A DNA stretch of 64,000 bases. Source: Octopus vulgaris (lineage: Eukaryota). The position numbers were made by a program, and so were the translations under genes. The DNA lies in NCBI GenBank assembly GCA_951406725.2, contig OX597819.1, positions 128,092,001-128,156,000 on the forward strand. The letters are read 5' to 3'. Below are positions 28,060 to 42,654 of this stretch, in pieces. The stretch's first letter is position 1, and the number at the start of each line of letters is the position of its first letter. Under the pieces are notes generated by a model. It did no database searches. It had not been told where the DNA came from and saw only the letters and a list, made by a program, of their open reading frames with translations.

Positions 28060-28914
28060 AAGGATAGAGAGTGAGAGAAAATATAGAGAAGTATAAGTAT
28101 ACATTACACGAGACATTTAAAAAAAATCTATGTCGGGCGACTACACAGAGTTTGCATCTTTGACTTGTGTAGCATGATATAATATTGTGGGGTATCTTTT
28201 TTCTTTTACATACATCAACGTACCATACTGCAGTTGTTATTGTTTGTCACCAAGTCAGTTCCGATGAAGTACACTTGTGTTGAAAGACATCATAACTATT
28301 ATCATGGTATCATTTTGAAGGATGAGCAATAAGGTTCACGTTATCCAAATTATTTCTTTTTCTGAACGATGGCGGTGTATAAAATTGGAAAATTTCTAGT
28401 AGGTCAACGCCAGCATAGAACCGTGGTTCTCAGTTTTTCTGCACTTGTGTTGCGGTGGGAATCAAATATAACCAGCTTGTTATTTCGTATTCGCAGTCTT
28501 TGCCCGGAAATGATTTAAAAGTTATTTAAAAATAAAAATTTAGAGAAAAAAATCAAAACATATTTCTATCTCCATTTTCTAAAACTTTATGCACCTAACT
28601 TTTCTTGCGGTATACCAGTGCTACAACTCATGTTATTGTTGGTAATAGATTTTGAATAATATTTAAATTAGCTGTGATAGAATTTGCATACCCATTATTA
28701 CATAATTGAATTTCATTTTACTTTTGATCGATCTAAATTTTATCAGTTTAGTCTTTTGCCCATTGTATTATTTACATTAAGGCTAATAAGTAATCCCCGT
28801 TATAATAATTATTTCATTTAGTTAAAAATTAATCCCAGTCCCCCACATCAAGTATGATAAGTTCCACTTAACCGCACACAATAAATGATTCACTTTATTT
28901 AATCTCCCAGAAAG

Positions 28915-29290
28915 GCGTTGGGTTGGCAGAATCGTTACCGCGCTGGGGGAAAATGCTTAGCGGACTTTTGACCGTTTTTATGTTCTAAGTGCAAATTCTG
29001 CCGAGGTCGAGTTTGCCTTTCATCCCTTCGGGGTCGATGAAATAAGTAGCTGTTGAATATTGAGGTCAATGTAATCGACTTCTATTGGAAGAAGTGTCCT
29101 TCTGTTAGCACGCTGGGCAAATGCTTAGCGGCATTTCGTCCGTCTTTACGTTCTGAGTGCAAATTCTCCCAAAGTCGATTTTACTTTTCATTGTTTCGGA
29201 AATGGATAAACTACCATTTCAGTATTGCAGTTAATGTAATCAACCTTCGCCTCCACCAAAATTGCTGGCCTTGCGCCGAAATTTGAAACC
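28915..29290 (+). mobile_element. Two tandem diverged SINE family A copies
   Basis: Two successive AAATGCTTAGCGG..TTCTGAG..GTCGA..TTTCAT blocks. Confidence 0.75.
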
Positions 29291-29641
29291 AATATGTGTA
29301 TGTTCTTTTTCGCTTTCGTACTTTGCTTTTCGCAGAAAGAAAAGTGACCAAATAAATAAAGTTACTGGAGGACAGTCATAAAAGCTATGCGTTAAAGCCA
29401 ACTGAAGCGTGATGGTGTGTTTCTATGCATGACTGTACAGTTTTTCAGTGATACGCATAATTTATCACCCGCTTTAATAACTCTACCTGGATCTTCTAAG
29501 GTACTTTGCTTAATATTTAGAGTGTTCAGCTCCTGATCATAAGGTGAACTAAATACAGCGGAGTATATATTTTATGAGTCAAATAAGACTCGATGCATAA
29601 CAGAGTACATACATTTTTATTAGTATATATATATATATATT

Positions 29642-29862
29642 AGAAGGTTTGGAGATGATGTACTGGTATTTTATATTAGAAGAAATGGGGTACTTAGGAA
29701 TTCGGATGGTTTTATATTTACAGATATTTATTCGTATATTACATGTTTTTATACATCATATATCATATATTAGCGCTTTCATCCGTTCAATTTGAAACCT
29801 CCACCAGAATGGACAAAAGCGCTAATTACTATATGATATATGATGTATAAAAACATGTAATA
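29642..29862. mobile_element. Fold-back element between (TA)n tracts with degenerate hammerhead 3' half
   Basis: Arms ~29737-29779 / 29816-29862; minus strand reads GAAA-GCGC-UA. Confidence 0.6.
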
Positions 29863-30199
29863 TATATATATATATATATATTACAACATATGTATTATCA
29901 AGCTCATAAAATAATTGGCACGAAGGTGTATGGTCTTGGATTACATTTATAATGTTGCTAAGTGACACACAGAAATACTAGGTTAAACATGATTAGTAAA
30001 TATAAATTAATGAATAATACCAATATCAATTAACATTTTAGGTAAATAAATAATTGCTCCATTATCCTAAAAATGCCAAGATATATTTGCAATTTTCAAT
30101 GTGTCTGTGTGCGTGATTGTGTGTGTGTGTTTGTGTGTTATGTGTGTCCGTGTATGTATCTGAGTGTGTGCGAGAGAATGTGTTCATCTATGCATTACA

Positions 30200-30238
<39 letters not shown>

Positions 30239-30374
30239 TATGATAGATAGACAGACAGATATATAGATAGATAGGTAGATAGATAGATAGATAGATAGGT
30301 AGATACATATATACATACTTACATACATATATATGGATATACATAAGTAATCTATTTACGTGTATGTATATATG

Positions 30375-30406
<32 letters not shown>

Positions 30407-31144
30407 CATACACAAATACTACATACATGCATATATATATATATATATATATGTGCACATATTCTAATACATGCTCACACACTTTCATAGACACGCATAC
30501 CCACTTGCATACACTCACGTGTTTGTGAAGGAATGGATGCATGTACGGAGTTATCACAATATTGGCATCAGTGTTCTAATATGCATTTATTAATACCATT
30601 TCAATTAAGTTACAAAATAGCAATAATTAAATTAGCAAACACTGCAACATTAACTTTTTCTTATACTTTTTCATCTCTGTTTTGGGGGCACCGAAATTTC
30701 TGAGTTTTACTCTTGTATTTGAAATTTAATTTGGGCATTATGAAAATTCTTTAAATCTATTGAACTTACTTCCTTTATAGTTTTTACAACTTTTACAATA
30801 ATAATTTTTCGAAATATAAAACCTTACTTAATTATTACATCAAGTAAAATTGCTTTGAAACATCTTACTGGATTTTCTGATTACATATATTTTGCAAAAG
30901 CAGCTAACGTGACAACTAATATGATTAACTTGTGCTTTTTAACAAATTTATTGGACCAAATTTCCAAAGAGGTATATCGTGTCGATTATCTCCTAAATTA
31001 TCTCTAATTAATCATTTCGTTAAATATTATTTATTAGGTGTGGAAGTAATCGACCAATGAAATTTCTCCTAAAATGTCTCACATTAATTGTTTTATTTCA
31101 CTTTTTCTCGAATAAGTCCTTTATTTATTGAGTGTATTCTGTAC

Positions 31145-31552
31145 TCTTTAACTTTTACTTCTTTCAGTCATTTGACTGCGGCCATGCTCGAGCATCGCAT
31201 TTAGTCGAGCAAATGGAACCCAGGACTTATTCTTTGTAAGCCTAGTACTTATTCTATCGGTCTCTTTTGCCGATCAGCTAAGATACGGAGACGTAAACAC
31301 ACCAGCATCGGTTATCAAGTGATGCTGGGGGGACAAACACAGACACACAAATATATACATACACATACACATATATATATATACATGTATACGACGGGCT
31401 TCTTTCAGTTTCCGTCTACTAAATCCACTCACAAGGCTTTGGTCGGCCCGAGGCTATTGTAGAAGACACTTGCCCAAGGTGCAACGAATGGGACTGAACC
31501 CAGAACTATGTGGTTGGTAAGCAAGCCACTTACCACACAGCCACTCCTGCGC
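31145..31552 (-). mobile_element. tRNA-derived CORE SINE, family D (octopus OR/OK-like)
   Basis: Minus strand GCGCAGGAGTGGCTGTGTGGTAAG..GGTTCAGTCCC..CACCTTGGGCAAGTGTCTT, internal microsatellite, 3' CAGTCAAATGACTGAAA. Confidence 0.88.
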
Positions 31553-31879
31553 TTGTAGATTTAAATTATTTATTCTTCATTTGTATGTGTCTGTTAAGCG
31601 AGTTGATCCGAGACCGAATGTTGAAACTAAGAAATGACAACTCATTTTAGTAACTCAAACACACAGAAACTGATAGCATCAATTAATCATTTAATCTTTC
31701 GTTGTACAATCTGCAGCCTAGTTGCTGGCGCAGTTCCATCCGTAACACAGCGTAAAGGAAATTTCCGTGGCATAACAGATATGTATACACACACACATAC
31801 ATATGTACATACATATACACGTCTTTGTATGTGTGTGTATATAAGTATATATATATATATCTATATCTATATATATATA

Positions 31880-31940
<61 letters not shown>

Positions 31941-31943
<3 letters not shown>

Positions 31944-32180
31944 TTTTTGTGTAATGAGATAAAAACCAAGGCTGTATAGATATTAGAGTATTTATAGATA
32001 GAAAGTCTTACAGCAGTTTCTAGAATATTAATTAATAATAATATCCCTTCATCGGAGATGGTTTGAGAAGGGATATTATTATTAATTAATATTCTAGAAA
32101 CAGCTGTAAGACTTTCTATCTATAAATGCTCTAATATCTATACAGCCTTGGTTTTTTTTATCTCATTCCACAAAACATTC
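31941..32180. mobile_element. Fold-back element, class I, with hammerhead-like motif at 32005-32058 (-)
   Basis: ~110-bp arms; minus strand UCU-CCGAUGA-AGGGAUAUU..AAUAUUCUA-GAAA-CUGCUG-UA-AGA; plus arm has palindromic GAAA-CAGCUG-UA. Confidence 0.78.
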
Positions 32181-32394
32181 TTATATACACACGTTGACAT
32201 AGAACCAACGTTGAACCCTTTATTCGCAATATTACCGAATCTGGAACTTACCTATGGTCTGTCTATAGCACTTATTCAGCATTACCTGACACCTTTGGGT
32301 TTCAAAGACCCCATTATCTCCTATATATATATAGTGTGTGCTGTTCCATGATGTTAACCAAAAGAAGCGCTGCGGCTGGTGAGAGACAATATTA

Positions 32395-33025
32395 TTTAAT
32401 AAACACAATACGTGTTATTTATGTGCTACTATTAGTTTCATGCGACGAAAGCATCTCAGATGGTAATTTTGCTATGTCTGGTACCTTATGGCAATCTTCA
32501 GGCAATACCCACACGGCATAACAAGCTAAAAATATGACGGTAGCATGAGCGAAAAACAAAAACGAGAAAAGGCGAGAAAGAAGTAGACATAAGAGGTGGA
32601 AGGTTGAAAAACCACAAAACAAAAAAAGAAAACAGGAAGAAACAAAAGGTGGAATTAGTTATTTCCTTTTGACTGTAACATATAAGTTCCTGTTGGCGAA
32701 TTCGGAAGTACCATCCTCTCCGAATCCTTTCAGCTTATAGTTTACGGTCAAAGGGAACATAACTCGAATTCTTTTGTTTTGCTTCTTTATGTTTTCTTTT
32801 TCGTTTTCTGGTTTTTCAACTTTCCACCTTTTATATCTATCTACTTCTTTCTCACTTTTTCTCGTTTTTCCACTCATCCGTCCCATTTTTAGTTTGTTAT
32901 GCCTATGTCGGCATTGCCTGAAGATTGCGATATAGCACTAGACATGTTAAACAATGCAGTCTGAGATGCTTTCATCGCATGAAACTAATAGTAGCATATA
33001 AGTAACATATATTATGTTTATCAAT
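32395..33025. mobile_element. Large diverged fold-back element with a hammerhead-like motif in each arm
   Basis: ~290-bp imperfect arms; plus strand CTGAAGA(32918)-t-TGCGAT..ATCGCA-t-GAAA(32981)-CTAA-TA; mirrored at 32436-32501. Confidence 0.72.
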
Positions 33026-33629
33026 ATATACATATCCATATAGATACAGCTCTTTCCTCCTCTCCTCTTTCTTCTCTCTTTTTTACTTTTCCCTCCGCTC
33101 CTTAATTGCCTTCCTTGACCCCTGTCTTTTCCTTCCCTCTCTCTTTCCCTCTCTCATCCCTTAGACCCTCCACCATTCTTCCTCTCTCTCCTACCATGTG
33201 ATCGGTGTCCAGTCAAAGTGCGTCGCTCTTTTTCGGCCGACTGCTAACCCAGCCAGAACGTTTGTATTCCATCCGTCAAAGACTTTTCCATTTCTTTGCC
33301 CTACCGCACTATAACCATCTTAATAGCCATTTTAGTACTGTATACTATAATTATTGCTCATGCCTATTGTGCAGCCGTAAGGCATTTTCCGTTGTGTATA
33401 ACGTTATTTTGCCCTTCCTTGCACACATTCGTTAGTTTTCCCTGTGGCTCTATGCTCTGGCGCTCCCGTTAGATAACAATTGTCTTGGTTTAAATAGCGT
33501 AAAACCACTATGACATCTCGGATAACAACTGATGACAAAGTCAGCTGTAAATGTTCCTTGTTTCCCTTTTCTGTCTGTTAAGTTTTTGTCCAGTTTTCGT
33601 CTATTTTCCCCTTCACTGTCTAACTTTTG

Positions 33630-33662
<33 letters not shown>

Positions 33663-35195
33663 TATACTCTTTTACTCTTTTACTTGTTTTAGTCATTTTG
33701 ACTGCGGCCATGCTGGAGCACCGCCTTTAGTCGAGCAAATCGACCCCAGGACTTATTCTTTGGAAGCCTAGTACTTATTCTATCGGTCTCTTTTGCAGAA
33801 CCGCTAAGTTACGGGGACGTAAACACACCAGCATCGGTTGTCAAGCGATGTTGGGGACACACAGCCACTCATATATATATATATATCACCCATTTCCCAG
33901 GAGTAGTTGTGTGGTGAAGAATCCTCCCTAATGCAGGGTGGTTTCGTGTTTAGTCCTGGTACACGGCATCTTGAGGAAATGTCTTCCACTGCAACCCCTT
34001 CTACTGCAGCCAACCAATGTGAATGACTTTGGAAGAGGGAAACTATATGGAAATCCATCTCATATATATGTCTGTATGTGAGGAAGAGGGCGTATTTGTA
34101 TATGTGGATGTGTGTACGTGTGTAGGTATTAGTTATCACTATTTGTTTACTCTGATGTTGCTACTTGTAGTAATAAGCTAGTGGATTCTCACGCAACGTT
34201 TATATTTTTAACGCTGTCGATACCGCCAGATTGAATGGTACTGCACAGGGCTGTCGAAACCTGAGTGATAACCGTTTGGCAGCTGATGATAGGAATACAC
34301 ATATGTTATGTTTGATTGTGAATTCCTTATATTTTAATCTTGTTATTGTTCTCGTATAAATGGAAAGCATTTGTGGGTTCATAGTTTCAGGGGATCACTT
34401 GCATTGGTATTGTTTGTTTCTTTTCATAGGTAATCTAGTAAGGCTTAGATAACGCTTAGATAGTGGTGCCTAGTTTTGGGAGGGCATATACATGATATGT
34501 GCGTGCGTGACTGTATGTATATTTTTGTGCTTGACTTTCAATGTCTTAAAGTTGACTGGATTTGATTGAATGGATGGACACACTCGATAACATGAATCTA
34601 AATACACATTTGGATTTATGTTATCCAGTGTAACCGTCCTTGTTTAAGACACTCACAGGTTTGAATTGAAGGAGAACTGGATATCTATAGAGTTTGCCTT
34701 TTTTATAAAATTCGATCGATCTCCTAGAGTGATGTTTTTCTGATTCGTATATTTTCGCTTTTACTCTTGAAGTGCATTTCTTGCGGTAATTGATTAAAAA
34801 ATTTTATATATATGTTTTGTATTCTTCATGTCTTTTCTCTTTATCGCTCTTCTTATTCCCAGACAGGGCTTGTTTATATTAGGTTTGCATAAAATATAAA
34901 TTTCTTAGTGCGTGTGGGAAAAGGAGAGGAAATATTCATCCCGAATTCCAAGAGAATTATCAGAGAATTAATTTTTTAAGTCGGAAACCTGCAATGTAGC
35001 TAACTCTGTAATTAAGACCCCGCTTCTAGTTGTTGCATTTATTTAATATATTTTTAATTCTTCTAAAACACTTTGATTATGTTTTTATATATTAGTCCTC
35101 CTCGCTGCGAACCCCTAATCATAAGTACACAAAATCATAAATACGTACATATCATATTTACACGAACACAAATGCATATAGTACACGCGCACGCA

Positions 35196-35346
35196 CATAC
35201 ATACATACATACATACATACATACATACATACATACATACATACATACATACATACATACATACATACATACATACATACATACATACATACATACATAC
35301 ATACATACATACATACATACATACATACATACATACATACATACAT
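35196..35346. repeat. (CATA)n microsatellite
   Basis: Direct reading. Confidence 0.95.
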
Positions 35347-38300
35347 TTACGTATGCTTTACCATCGTATTCAGTAAAGAAAAACATCGTCAACTTAATTT
35401 GTGTGTATGTGTGTGCCTATGTAAATGTGTCTATATGTCTCTATTCTATTAATATCTATATTAACGTATTTTAAAGTATACACCGGTGTTACGTATTGAG
35501 ATCGTAAATTTTGCTGACTTCAGAGCTTAGCATTAACACGATTCAATCATGCTTTAAATCTCCTTCTCTGGAAAATTAATAAGTGATCTGTTTAATTGGA
35601 TATTAACATTTAAACTTTGAAGCAGACATCTGTTAACTAAACATTGAAAGCAATATGCTAATTATTATATATATGGTACCACTGCCGTGAGACTAAAGTA
35701 TGAATGAGGGAAAAGGGAAATTAACCACGGCAATTGGATTATCTTCAGATCAGAAACCTAGCCCTAATGTTTTGAAAAACGTGAACAATGTCAAAAGAAC
35801 CATAGAAAGAAATGGTGATATCAAACAAAGCGACGGATTAATTTATCCACTGAAGAAAGTGTAACAGTGTTTTGAATCGATGGACTTCTGTACAGTTGCC
35901 GTCTTGCCAGTTTCACTCACGTAGCCTAGGTTTACCGAATGCTGCAGAAGACACTTACAAAGAGCGCTGCAAAGTTGGTTCCTTTACGAAGCAAGTATTC
36001 CCGGACCACTAACAATAGTGAACTAATATTCATAACTGAACGGTGAACTTTTTTTCCAGCCTTTGCCTTTTTTTGTGATTCCAAGGCAATAGTTAATGCC
36101 TATGGTTTTCGTGAAAATAAAATGACTTCCAATGAACATCGGAACAGTAATACGAAGGGAGATTAGGTCATAACCGACTGCTTCAGTTTTGTTTGTCGAA
36201 AATAAATCAGTCTGGTAAAGTAAATCATGTCCATATAGAAACGAATAAATAATCATTTAAAATAGCAAGATGTTAAGCAAGGTGATATAACAAGAGCTAA
36301 ACTATAATCTATGGTTCCTTCTTTATGGCATTTTCTGTCAAAAACCTACTGGACAAGCGCTTACATATATTCCTCTCTGCTTAATACAATGAAAATATAT
36401 TTTGCTAAATAAACATTATTAATGAGAACAATTGAATTCAGCACTGCAAGTCAACAAAGAAATCATCAAATGAACAGTTTGGTTTGTGATTATAGTTACT
36501 ATTCTACACTAGTGCATTCACAAGGTCACGGTACGGGCCATTTGTGATCTGTGCCTTTTGGTTTACTCTTCTTTTGCTCTTCTGTCGACTGCGATAATTG
36601 CACTGACGAACGTGTCACATGTCTCACTGATTATAGAATTTGTTTGGCATTTTGTTTTGCAAAGTCAATGATAACTGAATTTACTGTTTTTCAAGGAATA
36701 CTTTGATCGTGTGCCTGTAACACAATTTCATCCGACATTAATATGCAGAAAACACTAAGAAGATTTTTTCTAATTCTCTGTCGTGGGCTCCTACGTAAAG
36801 AAGCTTGGAAAACATCAGTGTGAGGCAATTAACTCGGCGCCAGTACTTAACTCGAACGTTCTTGCAGGGATCCAGTAGAATTTGAACTCAGAACCAAGTC
36901 ACTGCATTGAAACACTCCTAGCTGAATACAAACTGTTGATTTGTAATTCGGTTAACTTATATCGCTTTCTAACACGTTATATTGGGTAAATTCCTCAGCC
37001 ATAAGTGGTAGGATATGATCTCGAATCTTAACTGTGTAAACCAATAAACTTCGTATATCTTTACTTTTCTTTCGATTTTCTAACTTCGACATTCTATGGT
37101 CTTAGCTGTTCTGCTGGCAAGTAAGCACTAGGAAAATTGTTTAATTCTCTGACCGTAATAAAATGCAATACAGCATTGTTATAAAGTAGAATAAGAAATA
37201 CTGTAGTTGCTTTTGCTATTGTTGGTCTTAGGCCAGGGATAACTTTTATTAAAACATTCCAGTCAAGACTTTCTTGGGTTCCTTTCTTTCTTTCAGATTT
37301 ATACTTCATCTCTTTAAGATGACAGGCTGTGGTCTAAAGGAGATTTGACTGTTATTTCTTGAAAGTCTAGCGGTCATGCAGACATTCTTCCAGTGGTTCA
37401 TTATGCGGTACAATATGTGTTGTGAACTCAGGCATTTCAATTGCGAAAAACCACTTGGCAACTGCAGATCCTCGCTTCATTCAAATAACATATCAGGTCA
37501 CTTATTTTAATCTGTATATTCCCTTAAAAGCACTCGACTCAAAGAAGCGTAACAAATCGTTTTGAGTATTTTTGTTATTGTGGTTGTTGTACCTTTTTTA
37601 AAAAAAATTCTACAACAAAAAGCCCACGTTGAGATTGAAATTTAAACTCTACTATGATCTGAGACATCTGTTTCCTAGATTCGATAAATGAGTCATAAAA
37701 TATTTTCTAATTCATTTCTTTTCCCCCAGTCTCGCTCTCTCTTTATGTCCTCCTTCAAAATAATCATTTCTCTTTAATATTTGTTGCACTAATATAAATT
37801 TAAAATAATTTTCACAGCATCTCATTGGTTAACCTCGAAAAGCTATGCATCAAAAGATGTATTTCAAACAGTAAGGCGGTTCTTTATCAAAGATTAAAAA
37901 TTCACTGGCAATCAGCATTCTTTTGCTTTATCGCGGTAGGTTTTAATTTAAGAAAACCAAACGTCAATTGGATTAAGTTGTCCCGATTGTAAAAACATTT
38001 TTCTGAAATAAAAATCTATTTTAATTACCGGGCCTCCCGCTATATGCTTCCCTCTCTTGAGAATTTCTAACATTTGTGATGTTATTCGTTGTTCTCGAAA
38101 TGAACAGTTCTCACTCGGTTGATTTTATTTGATTATGTAGCAAAGATGTAAACCTTCTTCACTAGTTTGTTCAATAAAACTAAACATAGGATGTAACATA
38201 CATAAACTCATCTTAAAGTACCCATAGAATCACCAATGTTGTTCACACACCGTGATACCAGGTTGTTAGAAAATCCTTATATGAGGATCTATAAAACCGC

Positions 38301-41300
38301 TCATGGTGAATTTCAGATTACTTTATTAAAAGTATTACATTTCAAAAGAGAGAAAAAAATATCCTATAAATGTTATTTCAAAAATCTACATGAGCTTATG
38401 GTTGTATTTTTAAAATGAAAAAATATATATATAAATAATGATAATAATCACAAAAAAGAAAACATTTCTGCAGGAAATATAAAAAAATATTAATGTTTTT
38501 TTATTGGCTTAATTACTACTTAGCTTTTTAAACGAATCCGGAAACAGTGTAAGTTGAACTACTGGTAATAAATTCTCAATTATTATAATAATTTTCAAAG
38601 TCTAAAATATTAATGATACATTTTCACAAATATAAATATTTCTTATTTTTTGCTGTCTGTAATTTATCTACGAAAGTTTCGTTTTTAATTAGCGAATTGC
38701 AATGCATTTGCTAATATCTGCTGGCTATATTTACTTACTTCCAACGATAGGATGAACAAAATTTGAGTTTTTCCCAACAAGAAAGTGCAAGTTTGAGGTT
38801 TTCTCGTCTGAAGCTTGAGGATTTTATGCTAGAAGTACATATCTGATTTTTAAAAACTTATCATTGCAACAAATCTTAATGCGAGCTTGCTAAGTTTTTC
38901 TCTTTTAATTAAATGATTCTAATTCAGGGATTTTTCTTACTGTTGTTGTGGTTTTACCCTAAGTCAGCTTTTGATCAAACCATAACCATCTCATATTTCT
39001 TTTTAAAAATAAAGGTACTCTGGACAGCGATGGAATTCCTAAGTGTCCCTAGCAACCAAATCTCCTTCAAACCATACAGTAGCGAACGTCGTAGTTTTAC
39101 GTATATCCAATTGAAATTAAAAATAATATCTAAATCTAGAAATACTTTTTGAACTTTTTTTTCAAATGTACCCTGCATAATCAAGCACGGATCACTAATT
39201 ATATAATTTCCTCCATTAGGAAATAGAATTAAATACAGTGTTGTACATAATGTATATTTATTGTTTACATATAGTATTGTCCAAATAAATCTGTTTCTCT
39301 TGTTCATTCAGGAGTAATAAAATAGATAAATGAGGAACTAATAGTCAGCCCAGATCTTGAAAACCATGGAAAGCACAAGCTTATTAATGTAACTATCAAA
39401 GAAACTTCTATGCAGATGATATATATTTATTGTTGTGAATGTTGTTGTCGTTGATGATGATGAGGATGATGATGACGAAGATGGTGGTAGTGGGGTGGGG
39501 AGACTAATATTGTGTAGCTCCAGATTTGTCCTGGTTCAGTAAACTTATGATCACAGACATTCCTGATATGACCAACCGGTATCTTCTCAAATATTTACAA
39601 CAGCGTTATCCAATGTATCTCTGAATTTAGCTATTTGTTATTCTTGTTTAACATACGGCAGATATGTCTGAGCAGACATCTTACAAATGAATTCAAGTTA
39701 TGATTGTCCTACGTTTTATCAGACGTAGTATATCTATGGATACGTTATGTAATGTGTCGGCATACGACAGGTGTATGATCAGAAGTATTCTTAACGTAAC
39801 AATCTTGTCTTTTTCTCGTACAGTGTATTCCAGAACTACATTATTCCATGTGTTCTTAAATGTAATTGCAACTGTTATTATACTTGGCCTTAGTTCAGAT
39901 CTGATTGAGCGGATCTGTGATAAGAAGCATTCCTGTCGTGACTATTATGTCTTTCTCTCATACAAGTATTGCTCAACTTGTTAAAAAAATAGCAAAACGA
40001 AGGAGCTGCTACATAGTCTTTCGACCTGCAATAAATATTAACCAAATCTAACTCGAATCATGCACTTCTGTCTTAAACAAAGAAAATTCACTGAAAATAC
40101 AGACGGTTTGGTCACAGACAGAATGCTTTTTATCATAGGCATATTGTGTCGTATGTTGACTAGCGGTGAAAGGGTGAAATTAGTTTGTCCTTTATGGAAA
40201 ATGACTGACTGCGATTCCCAAGTAAAAAATATTTCTATAATCATCTGTCATTTCCTTTTCAAATTCATTCATTTTTACATATGTTAACAATGTGGTTCTA
40301 CTGTTGCGAATGTGTTTAAAATGCTCTGTGAGTTTTAAGCAACACAAATAAACGAAATGTTGAACAGAAATCTCGCGTTAGTGATGGCAAAAATATTTAA
40401 AACACCTACCATGACGCTTGCCAGTATTTTATGCCATTATAAAACACTGAGAAATGCCTGATTCGCCTACTGTTGTAACGGTAATCGGTTTACAATATTC
40501 GGGAAGCGATAGTCAACAACAGAAAATGAATATTTCGTTATCAGTTTGACAGGAAAGATCGATGAGTTTTGAAAAGAATGGAATGATGTTCTTTGCATAC
40601 GCGTCAAAAACGTTCTCTAGAAATATTAATGTTTCGTTTGTTTATAAAATCTTCCCTGGTATGAAATCCCCTAACTTTTTTCCACAAATATTTCCAGTGA
40701 AGTAACTTAAAACTGTAGTAAATGTTATGCGCGATAATATCTTTGGGAATAAATATAAGGAAAGCTATGATTGCTCAATAAGCCGAAATCAATAACCGTT
40801 TGCTAACCACTTCATTTACATCATAGCGTTATCTTTACATTTCGTTTTTGGATTTGGTTTGCAAGATTCTTTATGTGAGTTCGTGTGTTGAAGCATATTC
40901 TGTTGTATCTGGGGAGAGTCATTTTCTTTTTGTGCCATATAATATCTTTACAAATATGTGCGACTTTCTACTTATAAATTCAATAAAGGATGCCGTACCA
41001 CTCAATTGAAATGTATTTTATCGATTCCGAAAAGACGAAATGCAAATCGACCTCGGCGGAATTTGAACTCAGAACGTAAAAACGGACGAAATACTCCTAA
41101 ATGTTTTGTCCAGCGCGCTAAGGATTCTACTTGCTCACTACCTTATTTCAATGTAATAATAGTGGAAAAAAATTAAGATTAAATTTTCATATGCAATATC
41201 ATTGGGTCAGTGGTTCAAAGTGTTTTCTCTTCATATTTCAAACTAAAGCTTCGCTTAGAATCCAACCATCTCGCTGCAGCATTTTCTTGTTTGTACCTTA

Positions 41301-41876
41301 GTTCTGTTTAATCTCACTGTCGATGGTTTTGCATAACAGGCCTAAACATAATATTTAATAGATATTCTTTTGTCACTTCTGTGAAATATCACTTCGTATA
41401 CCCCATGTTTCCTGAATTGGAGAGTAACGCAAACACAATAATTACTTGTATTGTCAGTTACATACTTAATGCTGGTTAAATGAGCATATAAATACAGTAT
41501 TAAATTCACTAAAATTAAGCTCCACGAACTATATGTGGTTTTAAATTTCTTTTAGTAATATAGAACTTATTGCTCCCTACAGGCCTGGAAAAGTCAATGA
41601 TACGCTTGCCTATACATAATAGCTTGGATAACTATGGCATGACGACATCTTTATTTCTGATCTGTTAATCCACACAGTTTCAGTATATTACAAATATCTA
41701 CGTAAGAGTATATGTATGACTGTGTCTGTAAGTTTATGCTTCATAACACAGAAGAATGATAACGTTTATCTGGTTTATAGAAAAACACAAAGATACACAA
41801 TTACAAATAGAAAAAGATAAGACAAGCAGCAAATTTTATATAAATTGTAAAACGTTTTACTTTTGAAATCGCCATT

Positions 41877-41923
<47 letters not shown>

Positions 41924-42037
41924 CACTCACGCACACGCACATACATATCTATATATATAATCCATATATTTCTAAACAAATGCATGTATATTGACATACA
42001 CACGCACACACACACACACATATATATAATCAAACTT

Positions 42038-42079
<42 letters not shown>

Positions 42080-42084
42080 TATTG

Positions 42085-42290
42085 CTAATTTTTGTCTCTT
42101 TGTCTTCTCTCCTGGTGCAGTATGAACAGTTAATGCGGTTTTAGAGTCAAGTTTTGACTGCTATTTCTAGCGTGGAGGTATCTTTTAGATACCCTAAATT
42201 ATAATTTTAAGTAATTATTACCTTTGAAAGGTTCTTATTCCTATGCTGGCCACCTAAGATCGGTATTTAAATATCGATCTTATCCTTATT
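42085..42290 (-). mobile_element. Class II element, single arm, homolog of 2835-3054
   Basis: Shared blocks ttttgactgctatttc, ggtRtcttttagaYaccct, atgctggccac and aaatatcgat in the same order; flanked by TA-rich repeats. Confidence 0.7.
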
Positions 42291-42327
42291 TATATAAATT
42301 TACATATAAACACACACATACACACAG

Positions 42328-42373
<46 letters not shown>

Positions 42374-42608
42374 ATACATATATATACATATATAAATATA
42401 AACATATATATACATATATACATATATATATACATAATATATATATATACATATATATATTCATATATATATATATACATATATACATATATATATACAT
42501 ATATATACGTATATATGTATACACATATATATGCATATATATATATACATGTATATATATATATATTCATATAATATATATATAATATACATATATATAT
42601 ATATAAAC

Positions 42609-42654
<46 letters not shown>

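Noticed and set aside
33529-33551. CTGATGA..CAGCTGTAA
   Set aside because: No stem II or GAAA, so it cannot be called a hammerhead.
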